NCBI GenBank assembly: GCA_963787255.1
Contig: CAWBCJ010000010.1
Location: 128,001-192,000 of the forward strand
Direction: 5' to 3'
DNA: 64,000 nt
DNA from: Methanobacteriota archaeon
Lineage (GTDB): Archaea > Methanobacteriota > Methanobacteria > Methanobacteriales > Methanobacteriaceae
The number at the start of each line of letters is the position of its first letter. Within the stretch, counting starts at the first letter, position 1. Positions 34,260 through 44,004 of the stretch are shown piece after piece. The position numbers were made by a program, and so were the translations under genes. Under the pieces are notes generated by a model that made no database searches, was not told where the DNA came from, and worked only from the letters and a program-made list of their open reading frames with translations.

Positions 34260-34934
34260 ATGATTAGAAGAGCTAATTTAAATGGGAATCCCAATCTGGG
34301 AGTTGCAATTTCAACAACCGATAAAATTGCGATAGTTCCCTCTAATTTATCAGAAGTATTGGAAAATTTAATAGCAGATGCTCTAGAAGTTTCTGTAATT
34401 AAAACACCGATTAGCGGAAGCAATCTGGCCGGAGCATTGGCAGTTGGGAATTCAAATGGTTTTTTAGTATCTCCATATGCTCTTGACAGTGAAATTAATG
34501 CTATTAAAGAGTTTGACGTGGAAGTGGAAAGAATTCCAGACCGTTTCACAGCCGTAGGTAATATTATACTGGTCAACGATTTTGGAGCAGTTGTAAATCC
34601 ACTGCTTTCTGATAAATCCTTGGAAGTAATCAGCGATGTTTTAGACGTTGAAGTAGAGCGAGGAAATATAGCTAAATTCAAAATCACAGGATCTGTAGCT
34701 GTAGCTACAAATAAAGGAGTATTAGCACACCCTTCTGCAACTGAAGATGAACTTGCATTTGTAGAGGGTATATTAAAAACTCCTGCAGACATTGGAACAG
34801 TAAATAAAGGTATTAAGCTTGTTGGGGCATGCGCAGTGGCGAATTCCAATGGTGTTATCGTGGGACTAGACACAACAGGCCCAGAACTTGCAAGAATTGA
34901 AGAAGCACTAGGTTTTCTTGAGGGATATGAATGA
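34260..34934 (+). CDS. eif6: Translation initiation factor aIF-6
   Basis: GNPNLGV, GTVNKG, TTGPELARIEEAL. Confidence 0.97.
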   Translation: MIRRANLNGNPNLGVAISTTDKIAIVPSNLSEVLENLIADALEVSVIKTPISGSNLAGALAVGNSNGFLVSPYALDSEINAIKEFDVEVERIPDRFTAVGNIILVNDFGAVVNPLLSDKSLEVISDVLDVEVERGNIAKFKITGSVAVATNKGVLAHPSATEDELAFVEGILKTPADIGTVNKGIKLVGACAVANSNGVIVGLDTTGPELARIEEALGFLEGYE

Positions 34935-35155
34935 AAACAAAAATATTTAGAATTCAAGGTAAATTTATGATGGGAAATAAATATAAACCCTTCACCAAAG
35001 AGTTAAAAGCTATTAACGAAGAAGATATACAAGAAAAGATTTACTCCGACTTTGGAAGTAGACACGGAATCAAGAGAAACAAAATAATCATAGAAGATAT
35101 TAAAGAAATCTCTAAAGATGAAGTACAAGATCCAATAGTTAAAGCCTTGATCTGA
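34931..35155 (+). CDS. rplX: 50S ribosomal protein L18Ae/LX
   Basis: FTKE...YSDFGSRH; operon position. Confidence 0.93.
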   Translation: MKTKIFRIQGKFMMGNKYKPFTKELKAINEEDIQEKIYSDFGSRHGIKRNKIIIEDIKEISKDEVQDPIVKALI

Positions 35156-35164
35156 GGTGTTCAC

Positions 35165-35599
35165 GTGGATGATAGACAAAAGCTCGAACAGATGGTAAAT
35201 GAAATAAACATGTACCAGGGTCAACTGGACATTTTAAACCAGCAAATAGAAACGGTTAAAGCTTCATTAAGTGAATTAACATCTGCTGAAGAGACTTTAA
35301 ACTCAATTGAAGGAAAGGAAGGTACTGAAACATTTGTACCAATTGGTGCAGGTTCATTTATCATTACCGAGCTTAAAAATACAGATAAGGTTATAATGGG
35401 GCTTGGAGCCGGCGCTGCCGCTAAAAAAAGCGTTGAAGAAGCTAAAGAAACCATATCTTCACAGAAAAAAGAGTTAGAAGAGCTCATGAATAAAATGAGT
35501 GGGGATATACAAAAATTAACAGACTTCATTGTAAGAAAAAGCCCGGAAGCAGAGGCACTACTTAGGAAACTGGAAGACCAGGAAGCAGGGCAACAATAA
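35165..35599 (+). CDS. pfdA: Prefoldin alpha subunit
   Basis: Coiled coils flanking VPIGAGSF...GLGAG. Confidence 0.95.
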   Translation: MDDRQKLEQMVNEINMYQGQLDILNQQIETVKASLSELTSAEETLNSIEGKEGTETFVPIGAGSFIITELKNTDKVIMGLGAGAAAKKSVEEAKETISSQKKELEELMNKMSGDIQKLTDFIVRKSPEAEALLRKLEDQEAGQQ

Positions 35600-35641
35600 A
35601 ATTATTTTTAATTCTGGAAATCTAAAAAGGAAGTGGATATT

Positions 35642-36817
35642 TTGTTTGAATCACTTAAAAAGAAATTCAGCGGTACTGTAGGAAAGATAAGTGATAAATT
35701 CTCAGTCGAGGAAGAAACAGAAGAAAACGCTCCTGTAGAAAAAAATCCAGAAGAAGTAAAAAAAGAAGAGCCTGAAGAAACCTTTGAAAAACTGGAAGAA
35801 ATTCAAAAACCAGCTGAAGAAAAGGAAACCGAAGGAGTTAGAGGAAAATTATCTGGAATTTTTTCCAGGGAAAAAAAGGAAGAAAAATCTGAAGAAAACC
35901 CCGAAGAAACTCCCAAAGAGATTGAAGAAGAAACAGAAGAAGAATCAGGAATATTCTCTTTTGTCACCCAAAAAACAATTTCTGAAAAAGATATTGAAGA
36001 TATACTCTTTGAACTTGAAATGTCTTTACTTGAAAGTGATGTTGCCCTTGAAGTTGCAGAAAAGATTATTAATTCTGTAAAGGAAGACCTTGTGGGTAAA
36101 AAAATTAAAAGAAGAAGTGACGTAGCAGAATTTACGCGGGCTGCCCTTAGAAAAGCAGTATCTGAAATACTTGGTGTTGAAACTCGAGATCTTAAAGAAA
36201 TGGCTGAAAACGCACGAAAAACCGGTGAACCCCTTAAAATCATGTTTGTAGGGATTAATGGTACTGGAAAAACAACTACAATTGCTAAAATAGCTACATT
36301 TTTCATAAATGAAGGATATACTCCAGTAATCGCTGCTTCTGACACTTTTAGAGCCGGCGCTATCGAGCAGATTGGGCACCATGCTGAAAATATCGGGGTA
36401 AAACTAATAAAACATAAAAAAGGTGCAGATCCTGCTGCAGTGGCTTATGATGCTGTTGAACACGCAAGAGCAAAAGGAAAAGAAATAGTTCTAATTGATA
36501 CTGCTGGTAGAATGCAGACAAATGTGAACCTAATGGATGAAATGAAAAAGATTAAGCGTGTTGTAAAGCCTGATATTATAGTTTACGTTGGTGATTCTCT
36601 TACAGGAAACGATGCAGTTGATCAGGCCTCTAAATTTGATGATGCTGTGGGTATTGATGGAATAATTCTTACCAAAGCTGATGCAGATGCAAAAGGTGGT
36701 GCTGCACTTTCCATCGGATACGTAATTAATAAACCAATACTATTTTTAGGTATTGGACAATCATATGATGATATAATGGAATTTAAGCCTGATTGGATGG
36801 TTGATCAGTTAATTTAA
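35642..36817 (+). CDS. ftsY: Signal recognition particle receptor FtsY
   Basis: Acidic N-domain, GINGTGKTT, DTFRAGA, DTAGR, TKAD. Confidence 0.97.
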   Translation: MFESLKKKFSGTVGKISDKFSVEEETEENAPVEKNPEEVKKEEPEETFEKLEEIQKPAEEKETEGVRGKLSGIFSREKKEEKSEENPEETPKEIEEETEEESGIFSFVTQKTISEKDIEDILFELEMSLLESDVALEVAEKIINSVKEDLVGKKIKRRSDVAEFTRAALRKAVSEILGVETRDLKEMAENARKTGEPLKIMFVGINGTGKTTTIAKIATFFINEGYTPVIAASDTFRAGAIEQIGHHAENIGVKLIKHKKGADPAAVAYDAVEHARAKGKEIVLIDTAGRMQTNVNLMDEMKKIKRVVKPDIIVYVGDSLTGNDAVDQASKFDDAVGIDGIILTKADADAKGGAALSIGYVINKPILFLGIGQSYDDIMEFKPDWMVDQLI

Positions 36818-36908
36818 ATTAATCATAAAGATATTTTTGAGTATTGTAAAAATCTTCTTTACAGTACCGCTTAAAATATTAAAATTAATAAAAGTAGGAG
36901 TGAATAAA

Positions 36909-37001
36909 ATGTCAAAAGTTAAAGGAACTAAAGTTAGAACAAGGCAAAAAAAGACTTATAAAAAAGCTGGAAGTAAAAGAGGAAGAGCTTGTAAGCACTA
37001 A
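36909..37001 (+). CDS. 30-aa highly basic peptide (not in ORF track)
   Basis: SD AGGAGTGA; MSKVKGTKVRTRQKKTYKKAGSKRGRACKH. Confidence 0.65.
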   Translation: MSKVKGTKVRTRQKKTYKKAGSKRGRACKH

Positions 37002-37339
37002 AATTAATGAAATTAAATTATTTACGAATGTTTCAATACTATATGATGCTAATTTTCTTTAGGTATCATATATTTAGAGATTTACCTGCTGATTTAAGCA
37101 ATTAAAATAAAATATATTGCTTATTAATCTTCCTCGGTAATATATACTATTCTTTTATAATTCAAAAGCTTTTAAGCTCTATTTTTTTTTATATTGTTCA
37201 TTTGGAACAATATATAATCTCTTTTTTTATTTTTTGTGATATTAGTTGTTTAAGAACGTCTATTAGGTTTTATTAAGTTTTATTTTATCCTGTAATCATT
37301 ATTATTTGTATAATGTAACTCTTTTTTTTGATTGTTTAG

Positions 37340-37624
37340 TTATATTTGGATGTTTTTATAATTGAATGGTACAACTTCTTTAATTTCCACATTAAGTGGT
37401 TTAAAAAAGCTTTTTATATTTTTAGCATTTTCAGTATTTATTATGTAAAATCCTTTATGGGTGGAGTGTTTTTCTTTTGGACAGCTAATATAAGCTTCTT
37501 CTAGTTTAATGTTATGCTTTTTTATATTTTTTTCAGAAAAAATCTCTTTAAGCATTTCCACACCTTCATCTGTTTTAAGGGGGCATTTTTTACCATCATG
37601 TTTATTTGTAGCAGCAAATAATAT
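37340..37624 (-). CDS. Hypothetical alpha/beta protein with probable ATA start
   Basis: SD GAGGTGA followed by in-frame ATA-LFAATNKHDGKKCP..., 21 codons upstream of the track start. Confidence 0.65.
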   Translation of the reverse strand: MLFAATNKHDGKKCPLKTDEGVEMLKEIFSEKNIKKHNIKLEEAYISCPKEKHSTHKGFYIINTENAKNIKSFFKPLNVEIKEVVPFNYKNIQI

Positions 37625-37770
37625 AAAATCACCTCGATTTATTACTAAGTTCTTTGAAATATTTAATTTTATAGAAAATGAATAAATAAATGAAAATTAG
37701 CATTAACTTAAATATTAGATGAACAAATTAATTTCTAGATAAAAATATACTATTTTTTTTGAGTGATTTC

Positions 37771-38607
37771 ATGAACGCATATTTAGAGATTTTAAGGCCA
37801 GGAAATGCAGTAATGGCAGTAATAGCAATTCTTTTAATGATAATTATAAGTGGAAATATTACATTAGATGCATTTTTAGCAGGTTTCGTTGTTTTCATTC
37901 TTACCGGTGCAGGGAACGCTATAAACGATTATTTTGACTACAAAATTGATGCTATTAATAAACCGAAGAGACCAATTCCTTCTGGAAGAATTTCAAGAAA
38001 GTCTGCAGGAATTTATTCCATTTCCCTTTTTGTAATTGGAATCATAGTAGCATTTTTCATCAGCTTTTTACTGGGTATGATAGCACTTTTAAGCTCATTT
38101 TTAATGATTTATTATGCCTACTCTCTTAAAAGAAAAATTATAATTGGAAATTTAAGTGTTTCATTTCTTACAGGTCTTTGTTTTGTATTTGGAGGAATAG
38201 CTGTTGGCGAAATCATTATTTCAATTTACTTAGGGTTCTACGCATTCTTAATGACCATGGCACGGGAAATAGTAAAAGACATGGAAGATGTGGAAGGAGA
38301 CAAAAAAGAGGGCGCGACAACATTACCGATTATCTATGGAATGAAAACATCATCAATACTTGCAGCAGCCTTCATGATAACAGCAAGTATAACCAGCCCT
38401 GTGCTTTATTTTATAGGAATTTTCAATATTCTTTACTTAGTAGTACTTGCTATTGCTATTTACATATTTATAGTAGGTGCGGTCTCACTATTAAAAGATC
38501 AATCAGTTAAAAATTCAGCAAAGGTGTCAAAAAGAATTAAAATCGGTATGGGAATAACTTTTCTGGCTTTTGCTGTTGGATCACCAGTTCTAGCAAGCTT
38601 ATTATAG
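37771..38607 (+). CDS. Digeranylgeranylglyceryl phosphate synthase (UbiA family)
   Basis: LRPGN, INDYFDYKIDAINKPKRPIPSGR, REIVKDMEDVEGD. Confidence 0.9.
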   Translation: MNAYLEILRPGNAVMAVIAILLMIIISGNITLDAFLAGFVVFILTGAGNAINDYFDYKIDAINKPKRPIPSGRISRKSAGIYSISLFVIGIIVAFFISFLLGMIALLSSFLMIYYAYSLKRKIIIGNLSVSFLTGLCFVFGGIAVGEIIISIYLGFYAFLMTMAREIVKDMEDVEGDKKEGATTLPIIYGMKTSSILAAAFMITASITSPVLYFIGIFNILYLVVLAIAIYIFIVGAVSLLKDQSVKNSAKVSKRIKIGMGITFLAFAVGSPVLASLL

Positions 38608-38695
38608 ATAGTAACTTAAATAGATAGAAATATTAATTGGAATATTCAAAATTTTCTATTGAACTAGTTGGGAGGGGTTCAATATCTTAGAAAAT

Positions 38696-40084
38696 TTGAA
38701 AAATAATCAGAAATTAACTATTTTTATAATTTCACTCGCTTCTTTTATGGGTTTTTTTGATATTTCAATTGTTAATGTTTCTCTTCCCACAATTGCAAGA
38801 TATTTCAGTGTTGATATCGGCATGGTTACATGGGTTGTTATAATCTATGTTCTGGCCATTAGCAGCTTCCTCATAGCTTTTGGGAGTTTAGCAGATAGAA
38901 AAGGATATAAAAAAATTTTTCTTACAGGATTCGCTGTTTTTATAACCGGATCTTTTCTAAGTGGTATTGCCCCAACATTCGACTTGCTCATACTGTTTAG
39001 ATTCGTACAGGCAACTGGAGCTGCCATGTTCACAGCTCTTACAGCTGCAATGGTTACTGCTTACCTTCCTGCTGAAAAGAGAGGTCGGTATATGGGATAT
39101 GTAGCCACATTCGCATCAGTTGGCTTTGCATTTGGTCCGGTAATTGGAGGGTTTCTAACACAATATCTAAGCTGGAACTGGATTTTTTTCATCAATGTCC
39201 CCATAGGAATCATAGGTATTATTTTAGGGTTAAGTGTTTTACATGAAAAAGAAAAAAAGCAATTCAAAAAGCGTTTTGATTTTATAGGGGTAATATTGCT
39301 TCTATTGGCTCAAACTACTCTAATATTTGCGCTTAATAGAGGTTTACAGTTAGGCTGGACTTCACCAACTATTTTGTTAAGCGTAGGCACATCTATTATT
39401 TCATGGATACTCTTCATCTGGAGAGAATCCAGATATTCTGAACCAATTTTAAAGCTTGATTTGTTCCGCAACAGAAAGATAAGTCTGGCGACTTTTGGTA
39501 ATTTCTTTTTTAATATGCCCAATGCGGGAATATTGGTACTTATACCCTTCTATTTAGAACTTGTTAAAGGACTTCAAGTTAGTCAGGTGGGATTAATACT
39601 TTCAGTTGCTGCTATTGCTGTGATAATAATAGGACCTATTGCGGGCCGTATTTCTGATAGAGTTGAACCTAACCGGGTTACAGCGGTTGGGGCGTTAATA
39701 GGGGTAATATCACTATTTTTATTCTCTACCTTTGGGATAGATAGCACTATTCCCTATATAGTAATGGTCTTTTTCATATTAGGTGCATCAATAGCGGTTT
39801 TTAATCCGCCTAATATGAAGTTTATAATGGGAGAAAGTCCTGAAGAAATGAGAGCAGTAACTTCTGGAATTGTAACTACGGCTAGAATGACTGCAAACGC
39901 GTTTGGGATAGCTATATTACAAACAGTCGCTGTCATTTCAATATATTTAACCTCAAATGGGACAGCTAATGTTAAAAATATTAGCCCTGACCTTATAGTA
40001 GTTGGATTTCACGATGCTTTTCTGGTAGGGGCATTCATTTTAATAATTGCTCTATTTTTGATATTGCTCATTAGAAAAAATTAG
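38696..40084 (+). CDS. DHA2 family MFS efflux transporter
   Basis: DISIVNVSLPTI, GSLADRKG, WIFFINVPIG; about 14 TM helices. Confidence 0.92.
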   Translation: MKNNQKLTIFIISLASFMGFFDISIVNVSLPTIARYFSVDIGMVTWVVIIYVLAISSFLIAFGSLADRKGYKKIFLTGFAVFITGSFLSGIAPTFDLLILFRFVQATGAAMFTALTAAMVTAYLPAEKRGRYMGYVATFASVGFAFGPVIGGFLTQYLSWNWIFFINVPIGIIGIILGLSVLHEKEKKQFKKRFDFIGVILLLLAQTTLIFALNRGLQLGWTSPTILLSVGTSIISWILFIWRESRYSEPILKLDLFRNRKISLATFGNFFFNMPNAGILVLIPFYLELVKGLQVSQVGLILSVAAIAVIIIGPIAGRISDRVEPNRVTAVGALIGVISLFLFSTFGIDSTIPYIVMVFFILGASIAVFNPPNMKFIMGESPEEMRAVTSGIVTTARMTANAFGIAILQTVAVISIYLTSNGTANVKNISPDLIVVGFHDAFLVGAFILIIALFLILLIRKN

Positions 40085-40100
40085 GAGGTATATTTATTTC

Positions 40101-40496
40101 ATGGAACTTAAACCAATAGGAATTATTAATTCTCCATATAAAAAAAAGGAAGATGCCCCTCGCCAGGGACGTTATTCTGATAAATTAAGTAAAATTACAG
40201 TTTTTGATGAATATTTAGAAGGAATCCAGGATATTCAGCGTCATAACTATTATTATATTCTTTACTGGTTAGATAAGGCTGAACGTGATAAGTTAAAAGG
40301 AATTCCTCCAGGAAAAACTAAAGAAAGGGGAGTCTTTTCTATTAGATCTCCCATTCGACCAAATCCAATTGCTTTATGTTTAGTTGAATTGATCAATGTA
40401 GAAAGAAACGTTTTGACAGTAAAATGGCTTGATGCACTTGATGGTTCTCCGATTGTTGATATTAAGCCTTTCTGGCCTGAAACGGACTGTATATGA
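40101..40496 (+). CDS. trmO: TrmO/TsaA-like SAM-binding tRNA methyltransferase domain
   Basis: PIGII, GVFSIRSPIRPNPI, LDALDGSPIVDIKP. Confidence 0.88.
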   Translation: MELKPIGIINSPYKKKEDAPRQGRYSDKLSKITVFDEYLEGIQDIQRHNYYYILYWLDKAERDKLKGIPPGKTKERGVFSIRSPIRPNPIALCLVELINVERNVLTVKWLDALDGSPIVDIKPFWPETDCI

Positions 40497-40555
40497 AAAA
40501 AATTATAAATTTAGAAAATTAATAAATTATACATAATAGAAATTGGGGAGAAATA

Positions 40556-41281
40556 ATGGCAGCCGATAAAGATAAAATGAAGATTAAGATCTTAAAAGAT
40601 GGTCCATATGCAGTTTCAGGAGGAATACCGCTTCTTGAACAGGTAATTACAACAGATGAAGCTGGTCACACTCGTGAGCTGCAGGATGTCAGAGAATATC
40701 CATATCGAGAAAGATATACTCTCTGTCGCTGTGGTGCATCAAAAAATAAGCCTTACTGTGATGGTAATCATAATAAGATCGATTTTGACGGCACTGAAAC
40801 AGCAAGTAGAAAGCCTTACATAGAAAAAGCAGAGATTTTTGAAGGGAAAGACTTAAAGTTAACAGATGCTCACGAATTCTGCGATCATTCACGGTTCTGC
40901 CTCCGATCAGGTGGAATAAGGGAATTACTACAAAAACCAGATGATCCAGAGGCCAGACAAACTGCTATTGAAGAAGCCATGGTTTGCCCTTCTGGAAGGC
41001 TTGTTTTATGGGATAAAGAAACTGGAAAGCCATTTGAAAAAGAGTTTGAACCATCAATTGTTATGGTTCATGATAAACAGAAAGGATGTGAAGGTCCAAT
41101 ATGGATTAGGGGGGGAATTCCTGTTGAATCTGCTGATGGAACTATGTATGAAGTTCGTAATCGGCAAACTCTTTGTCGTTGTGGTAAATCTGAAAATAAG
41201 CCATACTGTGACGGAAGTCATTGGATGACTGCAGAGCAGAAAATAAAGTTCCGTAAAAAATGGGGACTTGATGAAAAATAA
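40556..41281 (+). CDS. Double CDGSH iron-sulfur protein with central Cys-rich domain
   Basis: LCRCGASKNKPYCDGNH and LCRCGKSENKPYCDGSH; CxxxxxC...CPSG. Confidence 0.92.
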   Translation: MAADKDKMKIKILKDGPYAVSGGIPLLEQVITTDEAGHTRELQDVREYPYRERYTLCRCGASKNKPYCDGNHNKIDFDGTETASRKPYIEKAEIFEGKDLKLTDAHEFCDHSRFCLRSGGIRELLQKPDDPEARQTAIEEAMVCPSGRLVLWDKETGKPFEKEFEPSIVMVHDKQKGCEGPIWIRGGIPVESADGTMYEVRNRQTLCRCGKSENKPYCDGSHWMTAEQKIKFRKKWGLDEK

Positions 41282-41524
41282 TAGTTTTCATTTTTCGCTT
41301 TTATTGTGAAATTATTTCAGACATAAAAATCCACTAATGTAATAAATTGTTTTTAAATAATATATGAAATTCAATGTATTAAATTAAAGAATAAGTTAAT
41401 GAATAAAGTTTTTATACCATCAGATTTGATATTAAGGAATAATGATTGAATACTAATTTCTCAATAGAGAATTTTATAGTATTTATATAAAAGTTTAACC
41501 AAAAATATTGGAGAATGAAACTAA

Positions 41525-42184
41525 ATGAAAAAAAATATGCCAGAAAAAGGTGCAGCAGTCCAAAAAGACATGGAAACCTATGCAGTTAATCCATATCTTC
41601 CGGGTGGTCTTGTTGATCCTGATACACTAAGAAAAATTGCGGATGTAGCAGAAAAATATGATGCTAAATTCCTTAAATTATCATCAGAACATCGAATTAC
41701 AATCTTTGGTATCCCATTTGAAGATATAGATAATGTCTGGAAAGATCTAGATATGAAACCTGGTGGTTTATCAGGTAAAATAGTTAGGCCGGTCAAATTC
41801 TGTATTGGATCTTCTTCTTGTAAGATGGGAAAACAAAATACTATGGAACTAGGAATGGAAATTGACCAACAGTTTAGGGGAACAAAAACACCTGACAAGA
41901 TGAAAATCGCTGTTTCAGGATGTGAAAACTCATGTGCAGAACCTGCAGTGAGGGATATTGGCCTTATTGGAACAAAAAAAGGTTGGAATGTTTTAGTAGG
42001 TGGTACAGCAGGTATTAGGCCCCGAATAGGTGATTTAATTGCTAAAGACTTATCTGATGAAGAGGTTTTAAATTTAATGGGTAAGCTTATTGCTTATTAT
42101 AAAGAAAATGAAGAAGAAAAGCGTTTAGGTAGATTTATAGACCATATGGGATTTAAAGAATTCAAAAAAGAAATAATGGATTAA
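41525..42184 (+). CDS. Nitrite/sulfite reductase 4Fe-4S/siroheme domain protein
   Basis: CIGSSSC...SGCENSCAE motif. Confidence 0.88.
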   Translation: MKKNMPEKGAAVQKDMETYAVNPYLPGGLVDPDTLRKIADVAEKYDAKFLKLSSEHRITIFGIPFEDIDNVWKDLDMKPGGLSGKIVRPVKFCIGSSSCKMGKQNTMELGMEIDQQFRGTKTPDKMKIAVSGCENSCAEPAVRDIGLIGTKKGWNVLVGGTAGIRPRIGDLIAKDLSDEEVLNLMGKLIAYYKENEEEKRLGRFIDHMGFKEFKKEIMD

Positions 42185-42459
42185 AATTAAACCATTATAA
42201 TATCTAAATATATTTTTTTTTAAATTATATTTCCTTTTTTTCTGGGATGATCATTTCCTTTTGATATTAATTCATTGATTATTACATTTAATTTCTCTAA
42301 TTTACTTATAAAAAAAATTCAAATTAACTAATAAATTGTTTTTATTGTTAGAATAATTACTGAATCTATTATTTAGTTTCTATTTCAAGATCAAACACTT
42401 CTTCAATATACTTTCTTTTTAATGCTTTAGTAATTCGGTATGCAAGTATTAAGGATGGA

Positions 42460-42764
42460 TTATATCTTCCCTGTTCTAATGCTATAATGGTCTGCCTTGT
42501 TACGTCTACTTCTTCGTGAATGTATCATCTTTCGTCTTTTTTTAAGGTGTAACACTACATATATTAGGTCTATGAGTAAAAAAGCTAATAAGACTCCTGT
42601 AATGAATATTCTAGTTTCTGTAGATAAATTAGGGATAAGTTGCAGCACAATTAGGAGTGAAAAACATTATTGCAATATAAGCTGCTCCTTGCCAGGCTTT
42701 GATGCTTAGTTTCCCATCCTGTGTATTTTCTTGGTCCGAACCATTCGGGTTTAGTTATTATCAT
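42460..42764 (-). pseudogene. Small membrane protein broken by two +1 frameshifts
   Basis: MIITKPEWFGPRKYTGW / LSIKAWQGAAYIAIMF / SLLIVLQLIP... in three frames; 305 nt = 101 codons + 2. Confidence 0.65.
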
Positions 42765-42874
42765 AAGATTCCTCTATGTAAAAAAAATAGTTTACATATA
42801 ATCTGCCTAATAAAAGAAATTAATAGATAAATAGAATTAAACAAAATAAAGAATATAATCTAATAAATAAAAAC

Positions 42875-43795
42875 ATGGGGCGAAATATGAATCGTGTATG
42901 GGGTTATCTAAGTGCATTAACAGTTGCTCTTCTTTTTGGAGTCTGGTTTTCTCTAGATAAGATTTTACTTGGATATTTACATCCTTTTGCCCTTGCGGCT
43001 CTAACATATCTAATTGCAAGCGCATTTTTGTTCATAATAAACTTTTCACCCCTTAACGAGAAAATATTGCACTTCATAAACCGAACAAGTGAAGTCGAAG
43101 ATTATATAACACGAAAAGAATATTTTATCCTATTTTTAACAGCAATTTTTGGCTCATTTATTGCCCCAGCATTATACTTAAGCGGTTTATTTAGAATAAC
43201 TGCAGTAAACGCCGCCCTTCTAGCCAATGCAGAAATAATATTCATTATTATTTTAGGAATACTCTTTTTAAAAGAGAAAGTAAGAAAAAAAGACTTTATT
43301 GGGTTTGCTTTCCTACTAATTGGCGCTATCTTTTTAAGCACTAACAACTTTCAAAATCTTTCATTTAACCAGAACTTGTTTGGGAGCATTCTTGTTATCT
43401 CAGCATCATTTTTCTGGAGTATGGATACAATTTTAAGCAAATTTCTAAGCTATAAACGGAATATAATATTTATAACCGCTCTAAAAACAGCAATAGGTGG
43501 TTCTATTCTGCTTTTAATTTCATTAATTATGGGGTTGAGCTTTTCCCTACCTTTAGATAAGGTACCTCTTTTGCTTTTTATAGGGCTTGTTTGTTTAAGC
43601 TTTTCGCTGCCATTAATTTATTATGCCATTAGAATTATCGGTTCTACGAGGACTGGTTCAATATTTTCTTTAAGTTCTTTATTTGGCGCTATGACTGCAT
43701 TTATAGTCCTTGGAGAGTCATTAAGTTTAATGCAATTATCATTCGGCGTTTTAATGATAGCGGGAGTTTATATTTTATATTCCGGCCATGAATGA
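42875..43795 (+). CDS. EamA/DMT family transporter
   Basis: Ten TM helices, two EamA repeats (LFLKEK, VLGE). Confidence 0.9.
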   Translation: MGRNMNRVWGYLSALTVALLFGVWFSLDKILLGYLHPFALAALTYLIASAFLFIINFSPLNEKILHFINRTSEVEDYITRKEYFILFLTAIFGSFIAPALYLSGLFRITAVNAALLANAEIIFIIILGILFLKEKVRKKDFIGFAFLLIGAIFLSTNNFQNLSFNQNLFGSILVISASFFWSMDTILSKFLSYKRNIIFITALKTAIGGSILLLISLIMGLSFSLPLDKVPLLLFIGLVCLSFSLPLIYYAIRIIGSTRTGSIFSLSSLFGAMTAFIVLGESLSLMQLSFGVLMIAGVYILYSGHE

Positions 43796-44004
43796 TAATA
43801 TCAATTTCCATTAGAATTTTATTTTTTAGGAATATAAAGCAATAGAAAAATTTAAATTAATACACAAATTCATATAATAATATATCTAGCATTTTAAACT
43901 CATTTAATATAATTTGTAGTTATTTATTAGTTAATAAATTAAATAATAGTAAATCTTATAATTTTTATATATTCAGTTTAACCTGCTTAATGGGGGATGT
44001 TAAT

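Noticed and set aside
34223-34957. Long antisense ORFs (e.g. 34223-34957, 35803-36345, 21293-21646, 22244-22639, 62201-62575)
   Set aside because: Shadow frames of well-supported genes, explained by codon bias
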